From Octopus vulgaris (Eukaryota), in the NCBI GenBank assembly GCA_951406725.2, contig OX597815.1, forward strand, positions 50,964,001 to 51,028,000: a stretch of DNA of 64,000 nt, given 5' to 3'. The notes under the pieces were generated by a model. That model saw only the letters and a program-made list of their open reading frames with translations, made no database searches and was not told where the DNA came from. Every line of letters begins with the position of its first letter. Position 1 is the stretch's first letter. This document shows, piece by piece, positions 40,186 to 54,150 of the stretch. Both the position numbers and the translations under genes were made by a program.

Positions 40186-40369
40186 ACCACCACCACCACC
40201 ACCACTATTACTACTACCATGCCACTACAATGGTGCTTGATGATGATGATGATGACTGCGATAATGGAGATGATAATAATGACAGTGATGGGGAGTGGTA
40301 ATGATGACAATGCTCATAATGAAGGTGATGATGATGATGATGATGCTAATGATGATGATGATGGTAACA

Positions 40370-40404
<35 letters not shown>

Positions 40405-40405
40405 A
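40186..40405. repeat. (CCA)/(CTA)/(GAT)n trinucleotide tract
   Basis: Direct reading. Confidence 0.95.
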
Positions 40406-41000
40406 GTGCCCAAAGCTTATAATATTCTTTGCTAACTCACCCATGAGATCAATTCTCAGCTCTCACATAAAGAAACAGCCTTGTAGATATTTTTGACAAC
40501 TAAAACAATTGGAGCAGTAAAAAAAATCTAAATGAAGACAAGTATTTTATGCTATTATTCTTTTGTTCATATTATTTATTTATTGTCAGATTAATACCAG
40601 TTTTGAGAATTACTTTGTCTTAAGGCAAGTATCTAGAGAAAAACACTTTATTCTAGCTTGCTTTACTTCATATAAGATTATTTGACATATTACTGATAGT
40701 ATTATTATAACATACATATAAACACATACATGTATCACATACACTTGCACACATTTGCACACACACTTATCCAACATTAATAAGTAGTATATCAGAGATT
40801 AACAAGCAACATTCTTATTATAGCTGCTGTTATATTACTGTTTCAAATCTCAGGGTTTCTGTCATATTCGATTCATATCATTTTCCTATGTATGTATATA
40901 TATATATCGGGGGAGAATTCACAAAAAAAAGCAAAAGATGAAGACAGGTGGTGTAGACAACAAACAGAGGTATTAGTATAATGCTTGGGAAGTGAAAAGT

Positions 41001-41036
41001 CTTTAACATTTCGAGCCTACGCTCTTCAACAGAAAG
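41001..41036 (-). ncRNA. Minimal type I hammerhead-like motif (CUGUUGA core) inside pLTR-like repeat 40907-41120
   Basis: CTTT CTGTTGA A GAGC GTAG GCTC GAAA TG TT AAAG. Confidence 0.6.
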
Positions 41037-41250
41037 GAACACAGAAAGAAACAAGGAGAGAAAATAAAGAATGTGTAGTGGCTAGCAATCTATCATGGTG
41101 AAAGCTGGACAGAAAGGTCACACAGGAGAGCCAGGGAGATATATATACATATACATATAAATATATATATAAATAAGTATATATATATTATTACTTATTG
41201 ATATATATAGGTATATATATATATAACCACACACATATATAATATATATA

Positions 41251-42075
41251 GAAATACAAAAAAATGGGACAAGAACACAAAACATCCAGACAGATGATTC
41301 AAAAGACAGACGGGTCATTTGAAGTTTTCTTTCCTCAGTCGAGTTCCAGATTATCTTTGCCATTTCAACTGGTTGTACTCGAGATAGCTCCAATCTGGTC
41401 AGCCCCAAGGAAAAACTAAGCTAAGAGCATTAAATTCCTTGGAAGAAAGCAGCGAATGTATATGAAAAGAAGGACGGGAAAAAAAACAAACCGAGAAATG
41501 GTACACGAATACAAATGCAAATAACAGGACATAACAAGAGGTGTCTTTTGACTAAGGACGAATTGAATTAAGCTGGTGTGTGTGAAGGTGAAGCCTTCCA
41601 GCAGGGACATAAGAGATGACAGGCATGGGGAGGAATATAGATGTTGCATGGATGGTAGTCAAACCAAGAAAGAAAGGTCAGGCTTGGTCGAACACCGTCA
41701 CATGGGGAGAGAGAAGAGAGGTAGAGGCAGAGGGACAGAAGAATTAAGGAGGGACGAGAAAAAAGGGAGAGAGTGAGGTGAAAGAGGAGGGAAGGTGAGA
41801 ATGAAGAGAAAGCCAGGAAATGTGAGAGAAGAGGAATGAAAGAAAGAAGAGTGGAAAGAACAAAGTGTGAAGGGGCTGACAGATAGAAAGAATGAAAGAA
41901 TAAGAAAGTCGTACAAAATTTAGATATGTATATATATCTACTTACATATAAGGGACCATCTCGTCCCTCCCTAATTCTTCTGTCCCTCTGCCTCTACCTC
42001 TCTGTTTCATTGTCCCTTTTTTGTATCATCTAGTTGTCTAGATGTTTTGCGTTCTTGTCCCATTTTTTGCATTCC
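41251..42075. mobile_element. (TA)n-flanked element with inverted partial terminal copy (Penelope-like architecture)
   Basis: 41251-41310 is inverted at ~42010-42075, and 41714-41758 is inverted at ~41958-42003. Confidence 0.6.
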
Positions 42076-42115
42076 TTTTTATATACATATGGCGGTGTAT
42101 GTACACTTTGGTCTC

Positions 42116-42168
<53 letters not shown>

Positions 42169-45100
42169 TGTATGTATGTATGTATGTATGTATGCATGTA
42201 TGTGTATATATATATATGTATATATGTATGTATGCATGTATGAATGCATGTGTATATATATAATGTATTTATATATATAGTGTGTGTGTATGTATTTATG
42301 TGTATGTGTGTGTGTATGTATGTATGTATGTATGTATGTGTGTGTATGTGCGTATGTGTACATATATTTATCAATATAGAAAGATAGATAGAATAAAAAA
42401 TATCAGCAAGAAGACTGGACTGATTAGAAATCTAGACCTAAGTCTTCAGTTGCAAAAAATTAAAAATGACTTTCCCACCTTAACAGAATAAGAAGAATAA
42501 GAAACTTCATAAAATATGTTACAGAATTTAGTTACAACTCTTTACATTCTGAGTTCAAACCCTACCAAGGTAAACTTCATTATTTTTCCTTACAACATTA
42601 ATTAATTAAGACTTAATCAAGTAAACAATAAAAAATAATGCAATAAATTGCTTACAATGTAGAGAAAGAATTAATTGCTGTTTTCCTCAGTAGAATTGTC
42701 CATCTACAAAGAAAGCATCAATGAATTATTAGAAATCAGAGATCATCATGTGTTTTCACCTATGAAAACATGTGACTATCTCTGGTTTGTAATAATTCAT
42801 TATTACTATTTTTTTCTGTAGATAGGAGAGTCACCCAAAATATTTAAGAAATTAATAAATCTGTAATTCTCTCTTCACAGTAAAAGAAATTCTCAGCCAT
42901 ATTCTTTTATTGTTTACTTATATCACATTGGTTCAAGGAAGTTGCTATTCTCTTTATGTGAAGTAAGTACTGGGGTCACCTCTACACATCACCCAAAGTT
43001 TGTGGCCTATGCTTACATTAAAATTACTATTATAAAACAATAAAATCAATTTGAATCAGTATCAAGTAGTAACTAAATAGTGTAACGTTTTATAATGCCA
43101 AAAAAAAGGATTCTTAAAATCCTGATCAAAAGCCTGAACAAATGCATTCCAACTCTGATTATTCCAGCATATTAAGGATATTTAGGACTACTCTTATCTA
43201 ATATGCATTTTACTCTTTTAAGATGGTAAGATGTTATTTGAGAAACATTTAGTTACTATTTCTTGCAGATCATACATCAATGTTGTTTCAGATCCAGCTC
43301 ATTGTTTTTGAGTCAGTACAATACTGACCAAGAAGTACGTGGTTCATGTTATGCTTCTGTCTCATAACTCTGAAGGTAGGAGTCACTTATTTCTCTGTCA
43401 TTACTGCACACTTATATTGTTCACCACTATAGGTATTGAACATAGCATGACTGAATAGTTAGAAAGTTCAATCTCATTTTGGATGTCTTTAGCTATAATT
43501 TCAGATCAAACCTAATCCTTGCAAGGTTTTGGCAAGTGGTACCGGTGGATTTTTTTTCTCCAATATTTTTAGCCACATGGGCTTTGCCTCTCCAACTTTG
43601 TCATACGTTGTGTTATAAGGATATACATGTCTGTGGAATATTCAGTCAGTTATATACCAATTCAAGGGACATACAATTCAGTTAGTTGATCAGACAATGA
43701 TCAAACAACTGAATATTTGTCATCAAAACTGACAGCGATCCATTTTATATAAAGGTATTGATACTGTTGTAAAACTAACAAGCATTTCAATAGCTTCTCA
43801 TTTTGAGTTCATTTCTTTCTGTTGTAAAAGTGGAATGTCTTTAGAGGATAAAGTCTAAACTTTCAGAAATACCTGCTGCAGATATTTTATTGTGTATTTG
43901 GGCATTATATGTAATTGCCTGTGAATTATTTCTCTTGCCTTTTGGAAATAAGAGTATTGCTTAATATAGATTGGTCTTATTCATTTTAAGTCAAGAAACT
44001 AACATTGAATGCCAGCCCATAAATACTACATGAAATTTAAGAGACACCTACTTCAAAGTATTTCCCTTCTGATTGTGCTCCATCAACCCATTATGAGTTG
44101 TGATTGTATCACAACAAAATCAGTAGAAATATTATTAACCAAATTGTGAAATCAATTAATAAACATTTTGAAAGAAAACTGATAGATTTCTGCTTTAAAT
44201 TCACACAATTTGCAAAAACATTTTAAGCTGATTGTCTGATTACTTTCTCTATTTAATCTCCATTGTCTCTTAAAAACCGCTATAAGTCATGGAACGGTCG
44301 GAACACTGGATTATAGCATAGCAGTTATTCATGAAAAGAAAATTGGAATTTTTTGAAAATGGCTGCTGTATTAAATAAATAGGTAATTCCTATGGCAGCT
44401 GATAATTACTATAATGAACATCCACTTTAAAATTCGTAAGAATTTTTTTCATTTAGAAATCTAATTTTCTTTATTTTTATGCAACTCAAATTACAGAAAG
44501 CAATCCATTAGAGAATTTTACATAGCAGCCCAAATTGCAAACAATGTTAGCAGATGGTGACTCAGTTTTATTCATACAACTGATATTGTGATAGTCTTCT
44601 TCATTGTATAGCACATTGTCATATATATTCTATGTGGCAAGAAATCCTCCATACTAATTATTTTATGTCAAAATGGATCAGGTATTTTTATTTTCACTAT
44701 AACTTAAGCTCTTATTTCATTTTTATATAACCATGGTTATTATTAAAAAAGATCTCTTCATAGGAATAGACTTTAAAATTACAACTTTCCCTAAGACAGA
44801 AAGCTATCAGAATTGTTAGCATGCTGGGCGAAAAGCTTACCAGCATTTTGTCTGTCTCCATGTTCTGAGTTCAAATTCTGCCTAGATTGACTTTGCCTTT
44901 CATCCTTTCGAGGTTGATAAAATAAGTACCAGTTGAATACTGGGGCTGATGTAATCAGCTTACCTGCTTCCCCGAAATTACTGATCTTGTGCCAAAATTT
45001 GATATCAATATTACAACTGTCCCTGAAATATGGAATTCTACATCTTTAAGAAAATCTAGTTATGAGATTTATACTAATAAATATGTTAAGAAATACATGT

Positions 45101-45659
45101 TTAATTATAAAAACAGAATAACCACAGGCTTTTATATTATATTTCTAATTTCCTTTGCATGGAATTTATGGAATTTATGGAATTTACATTTTGATTCATC
45201 ATCATCATCATCATCACTTAACGTCCGCTTTCCATGCTAGCATGGGTTAGACAATTTGACTGAGGGCTGGCAAACCAGATGGCTGCACCAGACTCCAATC
45301 TGATCTGGCAGAGTTTCTACTGCTGGAGGTCCTTCCTAAAGCCAACCACTCCAAGAATGTAGCGGGTGCTTTTACATGCCACTGGCACGAGGGCCAGTCA
45401 GGTGGTATTGGCAACAGCTATGCTCAAATGGTGCTTTTTATGTGCCATCTACACATATATATACATTATATAAGTATATATGTTTCATACAAAGGAATAG
45501 AGATTTCTTCTGTATAATATACATATTATACAGAAAGAGAGAGAGAGAGTGACAGACAGACAGGCAGATAATGATGCAAATAAACAAATAAACTCACTTG
45601 GGGTTGATATATAAAATCTATATACATATATATATATATATATATACACGTAAATATAT

Positions 45660-46516
45660 ATAGGGATATTTAAGTAGGTGAATGAATTATCTTATGTTTA
45701 TCGTCAGCATGGAAAATTCGTTTAACCGAAACCTGGGTAGCAAATTCACATCAGAAATACGGTTGAAGCGGTCAAGGGTAGAAACTCCGGGTTCATGTGC
45801 AGAAATTTGTGTGTTGTATATGAATAAATGAAAGAATGGAGTCGAACGAAGATGTTAACAAAATTCCTTTACTCTCGACATATGTTTCGAAGACAGCATA
45901 TTTTCATTCCAAAGGAATAAAGGGTGCATTATGCAATCTTCTCATCAGGAAAGCAAGGGAGCCTCTCTCGACAACAAGACAAACAAAAATTTTGATGATT
46001 GCCTACATGGTAAACAAAGCAATAATGAGTGCTTTTTTTAAAAAACCGTTAGAAGAATTGACGTCAAAGTTAGATAGTAGAAAGAGAAGGGATAAAGGAA
46101 TAATAGGTAGGGAACAAGTGGAGAAGGAAGGGTACATTGATTGAAAGAATGTTCGAAGGCTTAGGAAAGAATTTCTCTATAGTAGTGGGGTGGACATAAA
46201 GCTAATTGTTCAAACCACAGTGGCTATCGTTGTCATTTATATGAGTAGAAAGTGTGTTTCTGCCAGTGTCTACATTTGTATGATTTTTCTATGAGTGTGT
46301 TTACTAGGGGAACCTTAGAGAAAAGAATATGGAAGAGTTCAGAATTACAAATGTTACAAAATCTCCTGCCCTTATCAAAAGGAAAAGATACAGACAGTAT
46401 GAACCAATCTAACTTGAAAATTATATTGTTGTCTTTAAGACGCCAAACTAATTTACTTAGCCCTGTACTATGTCGTTTTTTACTATCCCTGAATGTTGAA
46501 TAGTGATTTGAAATTA
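45660..46516 (-). mobile_element. Penelope-like element 3' part: GIY-YIG C-terminus + pLTR with hammerhead
   Basis: NHYSTFRDSKKRHSTGLSKLVWRLKDNN...WFIL...FCNICNSE...KCRH; the pLTR ends at a (TA)n tract. Confidence 0.85.
45866..45958 (-). ncRNA. Type I hammerhead ribozyme, canonical core
   Basis: ttgctttc CTGATGA gaaga...tcttc GAAA catatg TC gagagtaa: stems I and II pair, palindromic stem III, GUC cleavage triplet. Confidence 0.85.
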
Positions 46517-47565
46517 AGTTTCTGTTTACCAAATCCACTCATATATATGTATATATTTATGCATGTGTTTGTGTTTGTCCTCGCACCACTGCTAGACAAC
46601 CGGTGTTGGTGTGTTTACATCCCTGTAACTTAGTAGTTAGGTAAAAGAGAACCAGTAGAATAAGTACTAGGCTTAAGAAATAAGTCCTGGGGTTGATTTG
46701 TTTGACTAAAACCCATTCAAGGTGGTAGTCCTGCATGGCCACAGTCAAATGACTGAAAGTAAAAAGTAAAAGAATTGAGGCTAAAACATTCATTATTATT
46801 TCTAGTTACTAAACACAGTTACCAATCTTACCTTGTTTTTACCGAAACTAACCACCACAATTCTGGAAAACAAAGATTATTACTCAAGTTCTGCTATTGT
46901 AAACATTACTGCTGTTGCTGCTATTTTTATTGTTGCTACTACTGCTGCTGCTGCCGCTACTACTACTCTTACTACTGCTACTACTACTACTACTAATTTA
47001 TCCAAAAAATCTTTGTTGTAATCTATATTCACTGTTTAGAGGGTATATTTACTGTTTTTGCTTTGTTTTTGTAATTTTTATTTATTTATTCATTTATTTA
47101 TTTATATATTTTGGTTTCTTGTGTTTTATTTAGAGCATTGCTCAATTCATTTGAGGTAACGATGAAGAGAAAACAACCTGGAGATAGATGTCATATCCTC
47201 CTTAGTTCAAGCTAACATTAGATATTCTGCAGTTTTCAGACACAGACATAGCTGTAATGAATCCATTTTCCCATGAAAATTGTGAATATATTTCAGGTCA
47301 GCTTGCCAAGGATGGCTTGCATGAGTCAAGCTAATAATACCATGAAACCAAGACACCTATCAGACACTGAAAAAAAAATCTAGTCTGGTGTAAAGCTGTT
47401 CTGTATATATTCTAAGTTGGAACTGCTTTTAGTGTGTTTTTCTTTAAGTATTTATTACTAGATCTCTAAAACCACTCTTTTAGTATGACTCTAAACGTGA
47501 TTCAATTTAGGGAAACCTTTATGCATATAACTTACCTCATGTATATATGTATGTATACATGTGTG

Positions 47566-47603
<38 letters not shown>

Positions 47604-49836
47604 TATAAATATATACATATATATATATGTATGTAGGAATGCATAAATGTAAATACATATATAGATATGTATGAATATTACATATGTATGTATGTATGTA
47701 TGTACATGTGTGTATGTATATATACATATGTGTATATGTAGATATATATATACATATACATATATGTATATATATGTATGTATTCATATATATGCATGTA
47801 TTCATATAGGTTTATGTTTGTATATGTATATTATATATGTCAGTGAATCAGTTTACATATCTGTGTTTAATTATGCGTGGTTGCAGGCTATACATAGATA
47901 CATTATTTTTATATTTTGATCCAAGAATGAAGAGTTGTCTATGGAGGATTTTGGTGCAGAAAGTAAGATGAGCAAGTGAGATTATATAATTAATGTTTCC
48001 TTTAAACTATTGGAGATTAATACTTGATGAAAAAATGGAAAAATTTTAAAAAAGTAATACATAAAAAAGAAGTATTAGTTCTTGGGCAAATATCTTCATT
48101 TTAATATTTAATGCAAAACCTAGGAAGGCCATACGTAATGTGAGACAGAAAATGGATCTTAAAATAAATTGACATAAGTAAGGAAAACATGAAAGTGAGC
48201 AGTTCAAAGAATACATACTATTTAAGTTTAAAAATAAATCCAAAAACAAGATACAGCTTGAAATTGCACCAAAAACTGAAAGTCAACCAAGGAAATAGCT
48301 TTTTATAGATCATAGTATAAGATACTAAGGGATTAAGTAGAAAGTAAGATCCTTAGGATATGAAAATACAAGACATTCATTACATGTTTGTTATTCAGAA
48401 GTTTCACTATAATTGCAGCAGAAAAAAAGGAAGTTGTTTGGCTCCAGACCATCCCTTGACAAGACCTATGATCAAAGCCTTTCCAATCATGATCATTCTG
48501 TTTTTGTTCTTCGTTTTTATCTGTGTCTGTGTTTTTTTTAAATTTCCATGAATATGTCAGGCTACATTTAAAGACATAACAGCAAAATATGATTCAGTTG
48601 TGACTTAGCTGCTATTTTTAACAAGGTGAGCAATCATGCTGAGGCTGTTCATAAGAAACTCATCATAAGAAAATCTGGAAAGGTTGAGGCAGAATTTTTC
48701 CAATTTCTTTGGATATTCTAAAACAATTTTTCAACCCTTATCAGTTTTAGACGTGGACTAGAAATGAAACTGACATCTATTCAGGATGTTTGGATTTGTT
48801 CCTATTAATTTCTGTAGTTGTACAGACAATTTAGTTCAACATGGTAGCATAAGTACAGGAGTAAAATTTGTTTAGTAGGTGCAAACCCAGGTCCAAAATG
48901 TTTTACAAAGTCAATTTGTTCAATCATACTATCGAAACAAACACCCCATCACTACGTTCTGAGTCCAAATTCTGCTGAGTTCGACTCTGCTTTTCTTTCA
49001 GGGTCGATAAATTAAGTACCAGTTGAGTACTGGGGTCGATGTTATTGATTTAACCCCTCCCACAAAATTTCAGGCCTTGTACCTATAGTAGAAAGGGTTA
49101 TATTTGTACAGCAGTCAAATCAGATAAATCCAGTAATGGAAGAGTAATGTTTCAAATCGATTTAAAAATGTTTCTTTGCTTATTCGTTTTGGTGATGAAA
49201 ATTTTCAGAATGTTCAAAGCATTTTCATTGCTCTTCAAAAATTTTAGGGGGTGCACTTACATCCACTGCACACCCTGTTACCAAGTCTATAGATGGTGGT
49301 GATGTTGTTATTGTTGTTTAATCTCAACTGAGCCTTGATTAAACAGGTAATCAAACAATGACCATATACAAATATCACAGACCATGTTATCTCATCTATG
49401 AGGCTAACATGATATAACCTTGCCACATCCTACGTCAAGTTTTATGCACATAGTATTTTCCCCCTGATTATTCTACCTCAGTTTACATTATCTCTCTATA
49501 CCAGGCAAAGGCAACCTTAGACACATCACAATTCTGGTGACAAAATACAAACTTGTCAGTCTCACAGCTCATTGGCTAGAATTTTAGCTATTTAGCTTAA
49601 CCATGCTCTCACTAAGTAAGGTATTCTTGCATGAAATAATGCTTAAGAAAATAAATATTGCTTAAAATACAATAAAATTAAACTAGAGTAGCTCATTTAA
49701 GTTTTTATTGATTTGAGGAGACATAAAAATAAAAACAATTTCTACTCAGTCAATAGATCTGAAGTAAAATCACCACATTGGAATTTAAATCAATTACAGA
49801 TCCTCTAATGGGGCAGTGGTATACTTCAGAGTATTA

Positions 49837-49851
49837 GAGAGAGAGAGAGAG

Positions 49852-49919
<68 letters not shown>
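49837..49919. repeat. (GA)n microsatellite
   Basis: Direct reading. Confidence 0.95.
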
Positions 49920-49921
<2 letters not shown>

Positions 49922-50059
49922 AAATTCCAATTTGAAATAAATTTCAATTTCAGGTAAAACTTCTTCATAACTGTAGGCAGAATTCAATTTTCTCTCTCAG
50001 TAATTTAAATGGTGAGTGATGTAGTGTAAGAGTTCTTAGATAAGTTCTTAACTCACTGT

Positions 50060-50326
50060 CAATTTAAAGTTGAAGCCATTTTTACTTGGCTTATATTGTG
50101 ATTAGAATGTCACAGGAAAGAACTGCAAGACAGATTCTTTAAGTCAAGCCAAACAGCAAGAGACCGAGGTGTAGACTAAGAATGAAATAGTTGGTCGTGT
50201 TTAGGAATTCAACCAAAAAGTTTAATGATAGTTCTTTCTGATTGAACCCTATGGAGGAGGTACCTGAGGACTTTCTCACCATGACCCTCCTTGGGATAGT
50301 AAGCAAAGAAGACAAATAGATAGATA
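50060..50326 (+). mobile_element. RTE-clade LINE 3' end with (GATA)n-like tail
   Basis: IRMSQERTARQIL...KRPRCRLR; ccctatggaggaggtacctgagga is the reverse complement of the 4365-4390 family end. Confidence 0.65.
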
Positions 50327-53258
50327 TGTTTCTTTATTAGCCACACAGGGCTGCACACAGATGGGACAGATTACAAAGTAGAGCTTTTCTTTTTTTGGGG
50401 AAAAAATAGTGGGGTAGGTTTTCGATCAAAAGGGATCGTAAAAGGGAAAGAAGAAAAAAAAAGGAAAAGAAACAAAAGAAAAAAAACGATCAATAGGGAT
50501 CGTGTATCACAGTGTCATGATGTAAAGTGTAAAGGGGGAAGCAGATAAGGTTTATCCGTGAGAAGAAAAGCCTATGGAAAAGACCACGGTAACCTCGGTC
50601 AATATTGTTACATGTTACCACATTTGTTTGCAAGTAGGTAACCCTCTCTTTTAAATTTCCAGGTTCATAGGATTATGCTCAAGGTGGCTTCGTCATTTAA
50701 ACGTGCCATCCTTGCTACATTCACCCATCTTTTTTTAAAACATTCGCTAGACCAAACTTGCCTCTCTACTCTCACTTTCCTTTTCAAGTGATACTTGAAG
50801 AAGTTGATGAGAGATTGACCAGAGAGGGAAGTGTTTGTCTCCAATCCTTTCAGACACGTCCACCAGATACATTCTTTTGCCATAGCCACAAGGATGATTA
50901 AAATAGCTCTTCCTTCTCGTTTGAAAGAAGGAGGCGTGACAATATTGACGATAGACTCGGCTGATAAACCGACTCGTCCCACACGTGAAAGCAGTTATTC
51001 GACATAACCCCACAGGTCGGAAATTGTTGGACACTGCACGAATGCGTGCAAAACGGTTTCGTCGCTCTGACCGCATCTCGGGCAGGTCGGCCCCGTGTTT
51101 CTTGAGCCATGTCTGTAGAGCTGATACCGAACGGGTAGCGCTTCTCGGTAGCACTGCCAGGCCAGGGATCTCTGGAAGTTATCCATGGGCCCTGGCCCGA
51201 AAGTCGTCCTGAACAGGTGGGTCAGATATTCCTCATCGACGTCCAGGTTCGCCCCGAGCTCGTCGTTTGGTCATGGACACGAGTTGCGGGAAAGCGTGCC
51301 TCACAAACAGCGACAACACCTGTTCACCGTCGTCTACGTAGAGCCTGAGATGCCGCAGTCTCAGCGCGTGTCGGCGCATCATCAACCACGGCATGCCCAG
51401 TCCTCCTTTTAATGGGTGTTGACAGCAAATGGATCGCCCGACCATCAGGACACATCCTTTCCACAAGAAGCGAAAGAGAATGCATTCTAGTTTGGTGATG
51501 GTAGGGTCGGAACAAGGCACGACGGTCAGGCGGTAGTAGATGACGGACGCGATGTACGAGTTCGCCAGCTCTGCCCGACCTTTTAGGGACAGTTTCCTCT
51601 CGGCCCATTGCTGGGCGAAAGTGACGCCCCTACTCGTTATCTCGTTCCAGTTCTTCTTCATTTGGAGGTCTGGACCAAACCAGACCCCGAGCAACTCGAC
51701 CGGACCGTCGGTCCAGCGTCCCACGACAGAGGCGCTGGTGGACGGCATGGGCTTGCTTCTCCAGGTGCCGAGTCACAAGCCCACTGATTTTTCCCAGTTG
51801 ATTTTCACTCCTGTCACCGCTTTGTAGTCTTTCAGTGTCTCACCGACCAGCTCGATGTGCTCGTGGCTAGACACTATGACGGTGACGTCGTCCGCGTATG
51901 CAGACACGCTCGTCCCACATCCCAATTCTCGTGGGATGCCCCTCAGAGTTGCCAGCTTCCGCAATAATGGCTCGAGAGTCAATATGTAGAGGAGCGACGA
52001 GAGGGGGCATCCCTGACGGACCGAACGTGCAATGTCGAAAGGTCTCAATAGATGTCCATTTATGCAAATTACCAAATGGATGCCTCAGTATAAAGCGGCT
52101 ATCCAGCCGCGGAAGATGGGGCCAAAACCAGCCGCTCTGAGGACAGCCTCCAAGTATCGATGGTCTACCCCATCGAAAGCTTTCGATTGATCCAAATTGA
52201 TCAGTGTCCCACCCATGCTAGGTTCCTTAACTACCCTGTCTATGATGTAGTGCATCAGATGGAGGTTGTCATGGATGCTCTGGCCTGGCACGACACACGT
52301 TTGCGTCTTGTCGACCAGTTTCTCGATGACAAGCGCCAACCTCTTGGCTAACACCTTGGCCAAAATTTTCAAGTCTGCATTAAGCAGAGTGATGGGCCTA
52401 AAGTTATCTATTACATCCCCCTTTTTTAGATCTTTCCTCAGCAGTGTTACGGCTCCTCGGCTCACAAAACCAGGAATGCTCCCGTTTTGCTGCCAGTTGC
52501 AGTATACAGCTGCCAAGATGTCTCCAAACAAGTCTGGCATACAACTGTAAAGCTCGTAGGGTAGACCATCCAAACCCGGCGATTTGTCCCTCGAGCATTC
52601 TGCCATCACGTCCTGCATTTCCGCTGCCGTGATGGCACCTTCGCAGCGCCCTACCTCTCTTGTCGAGAGTCGTGGTAGGCTGTGTAGGTAGGCACTGAAG
52701 TCCACCCTACGTTCTTGCCTGCCACTCATCCCGAACAGTCGGGCAAAATGCTGTTGAAAGACCTCACACATTTTACTTGGCTCGAGCAATTTGCACCCCT
52801 GTTCATCAACCAGAGACTGAATGGTGGCTTTGTTGCCCTGTTGTGCCTCTGCCACCCAAGCCTCTCTCGTAGCTCCAGCACCTTCATTCCTTTGAGCATG
52901 CATCCTAGCTCTGACAACACACTCTTCGTGTTTGGCGTTGAAGTGTTGGTTGAGGGCCAACCTCGCTGCCAAAACGTCAGATGCAATGCCGCTTCTAATT
53001 GCCTCTTCTAGCTTCTTAACTAGCTCACCCTCTACTCTTTTTCTATCTATGGCTAGTGCTTTGCTGTACCTAATCGCTTCTGCTTTTACTGCTCTCTTGG
53101 GGGCAAACCACCCATTTGTTGTTGATGATGGCTCCTGTCAAAGCCCTCTTTACTAGTGTGCTAATCTAGTCTCTGAAAACCTGTCTCGATGGGAAAGATG
53201 CATTTAGTTTCCAGTATCCGGGACCCTGCCTATGTGTCTTACCTAAGTCTAGCATACA
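50327..53258 (-). mobile_element. 5'-truncated L1/Tx1-clade LINE
   Basis: ORF2 remnants plus 3' UTR ending AATAAA at ~50333-50338; GC-richer than flanks; inserted in a GATA repeat. Confidence 0.9.
50665..53258 (-). pseudogene. LINE ORF2 (end of APE linker, reverse transcriptase, CCHC knuckle), disrupted
   Basis: GPGYWKLN; KSPGLDGLPYE; FRPITLLNADLKILAK; LDQSKAFD; VRQGCPLS; AYADD; CPRCGQSDETVLHAFVQCP; split across several frames. Confidence 0.92.
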
Positions 53259-53774
53259 GATAGATAGTTAGATAGAGGAATGGATAGATATATTATTTAA
53301 TGCTCAGCAGAAGAGTATGAATATCACAAAATCTCATTTTTCAATAATCCATGTTTTGAGAAAAATTTAAGTTTCTCATGAAACCCCAAAATCTTAGTTT
53401 TTATATTTTAAAATTTAGGTTACCTTATACACAAAATTACAAATTATTTACACATTGTTATTGTTGATGATGTTGTTTAGCTACAGGTCAGCTTTGATCA
53501 AGCAGTCGAATGATCAAAGGCATTCCTACCATGGCCATTTTATTTCTTTTTTAAGAATATTTGATACTCCATTACCTAACATGTGTCTAGTTTTTAAGAT
53601 GATAGAAAAGAAAAGTGTGACTTGAGGAAGAGATAGCTGCTATTTCTTATAGATTCTAGCATATCAAATGACCATATGGAAGTTCTCTCACTGGCTCTTC
53701 ATAAAGCAAAATGGTTTGCAAAATACTTTTGAGCTTTTACATTAAATTTTATGTTCCTAGTTCTTAGCTCTTAG

Positions 53775-54150
53775 ATCCCCAGTGCTGTCAGCACAAGTAG
53801 CAAACCTTTTCCAGACATCCTGATTGCTCACCCTCCTGGCTTCCCTCAGACTAATTCCCTCTCCTATCATGTCATCCTGGAACATACTGCATTACATCTT
53901 CCTTGGTCTTCCTCTTGATCTTTTTCCTTTTCCAGTGTCCATACCCTCACAATGGAAGCATGTCTCTCCGGCAATTATCAAAACACATGACCAGTAGACC
54001 ATATCCACCACTCAGTCACCATGTCCTGCGAACTTCCGATGCCTGCCCTTCTTGTCACCTCTTTGTTTTACTCTCTGTTCTGGTAAGAGATGCCCAGGAT
54101 TGAACATAGGCAGCACCTATGGAATTCCGACTATTATCTCTTGCCATCAG
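53775..54150 (-). mobile_element. RTE-clade LINE 3' fragment
   Basis: FHRCCLCSILGISYQNRE*NKEVTRRAG...TGHVF, then a KRSRGRPR-like segment. Confidence 0.7.

Noticed and set aside
45690-45800. Additional CTGACGA (minus) and GAAAC...GGGT (plus) half-motifs suggesting a second hammerhead
   Set aside because: The halves are on opposite strands and I could not assemble consistent stems.
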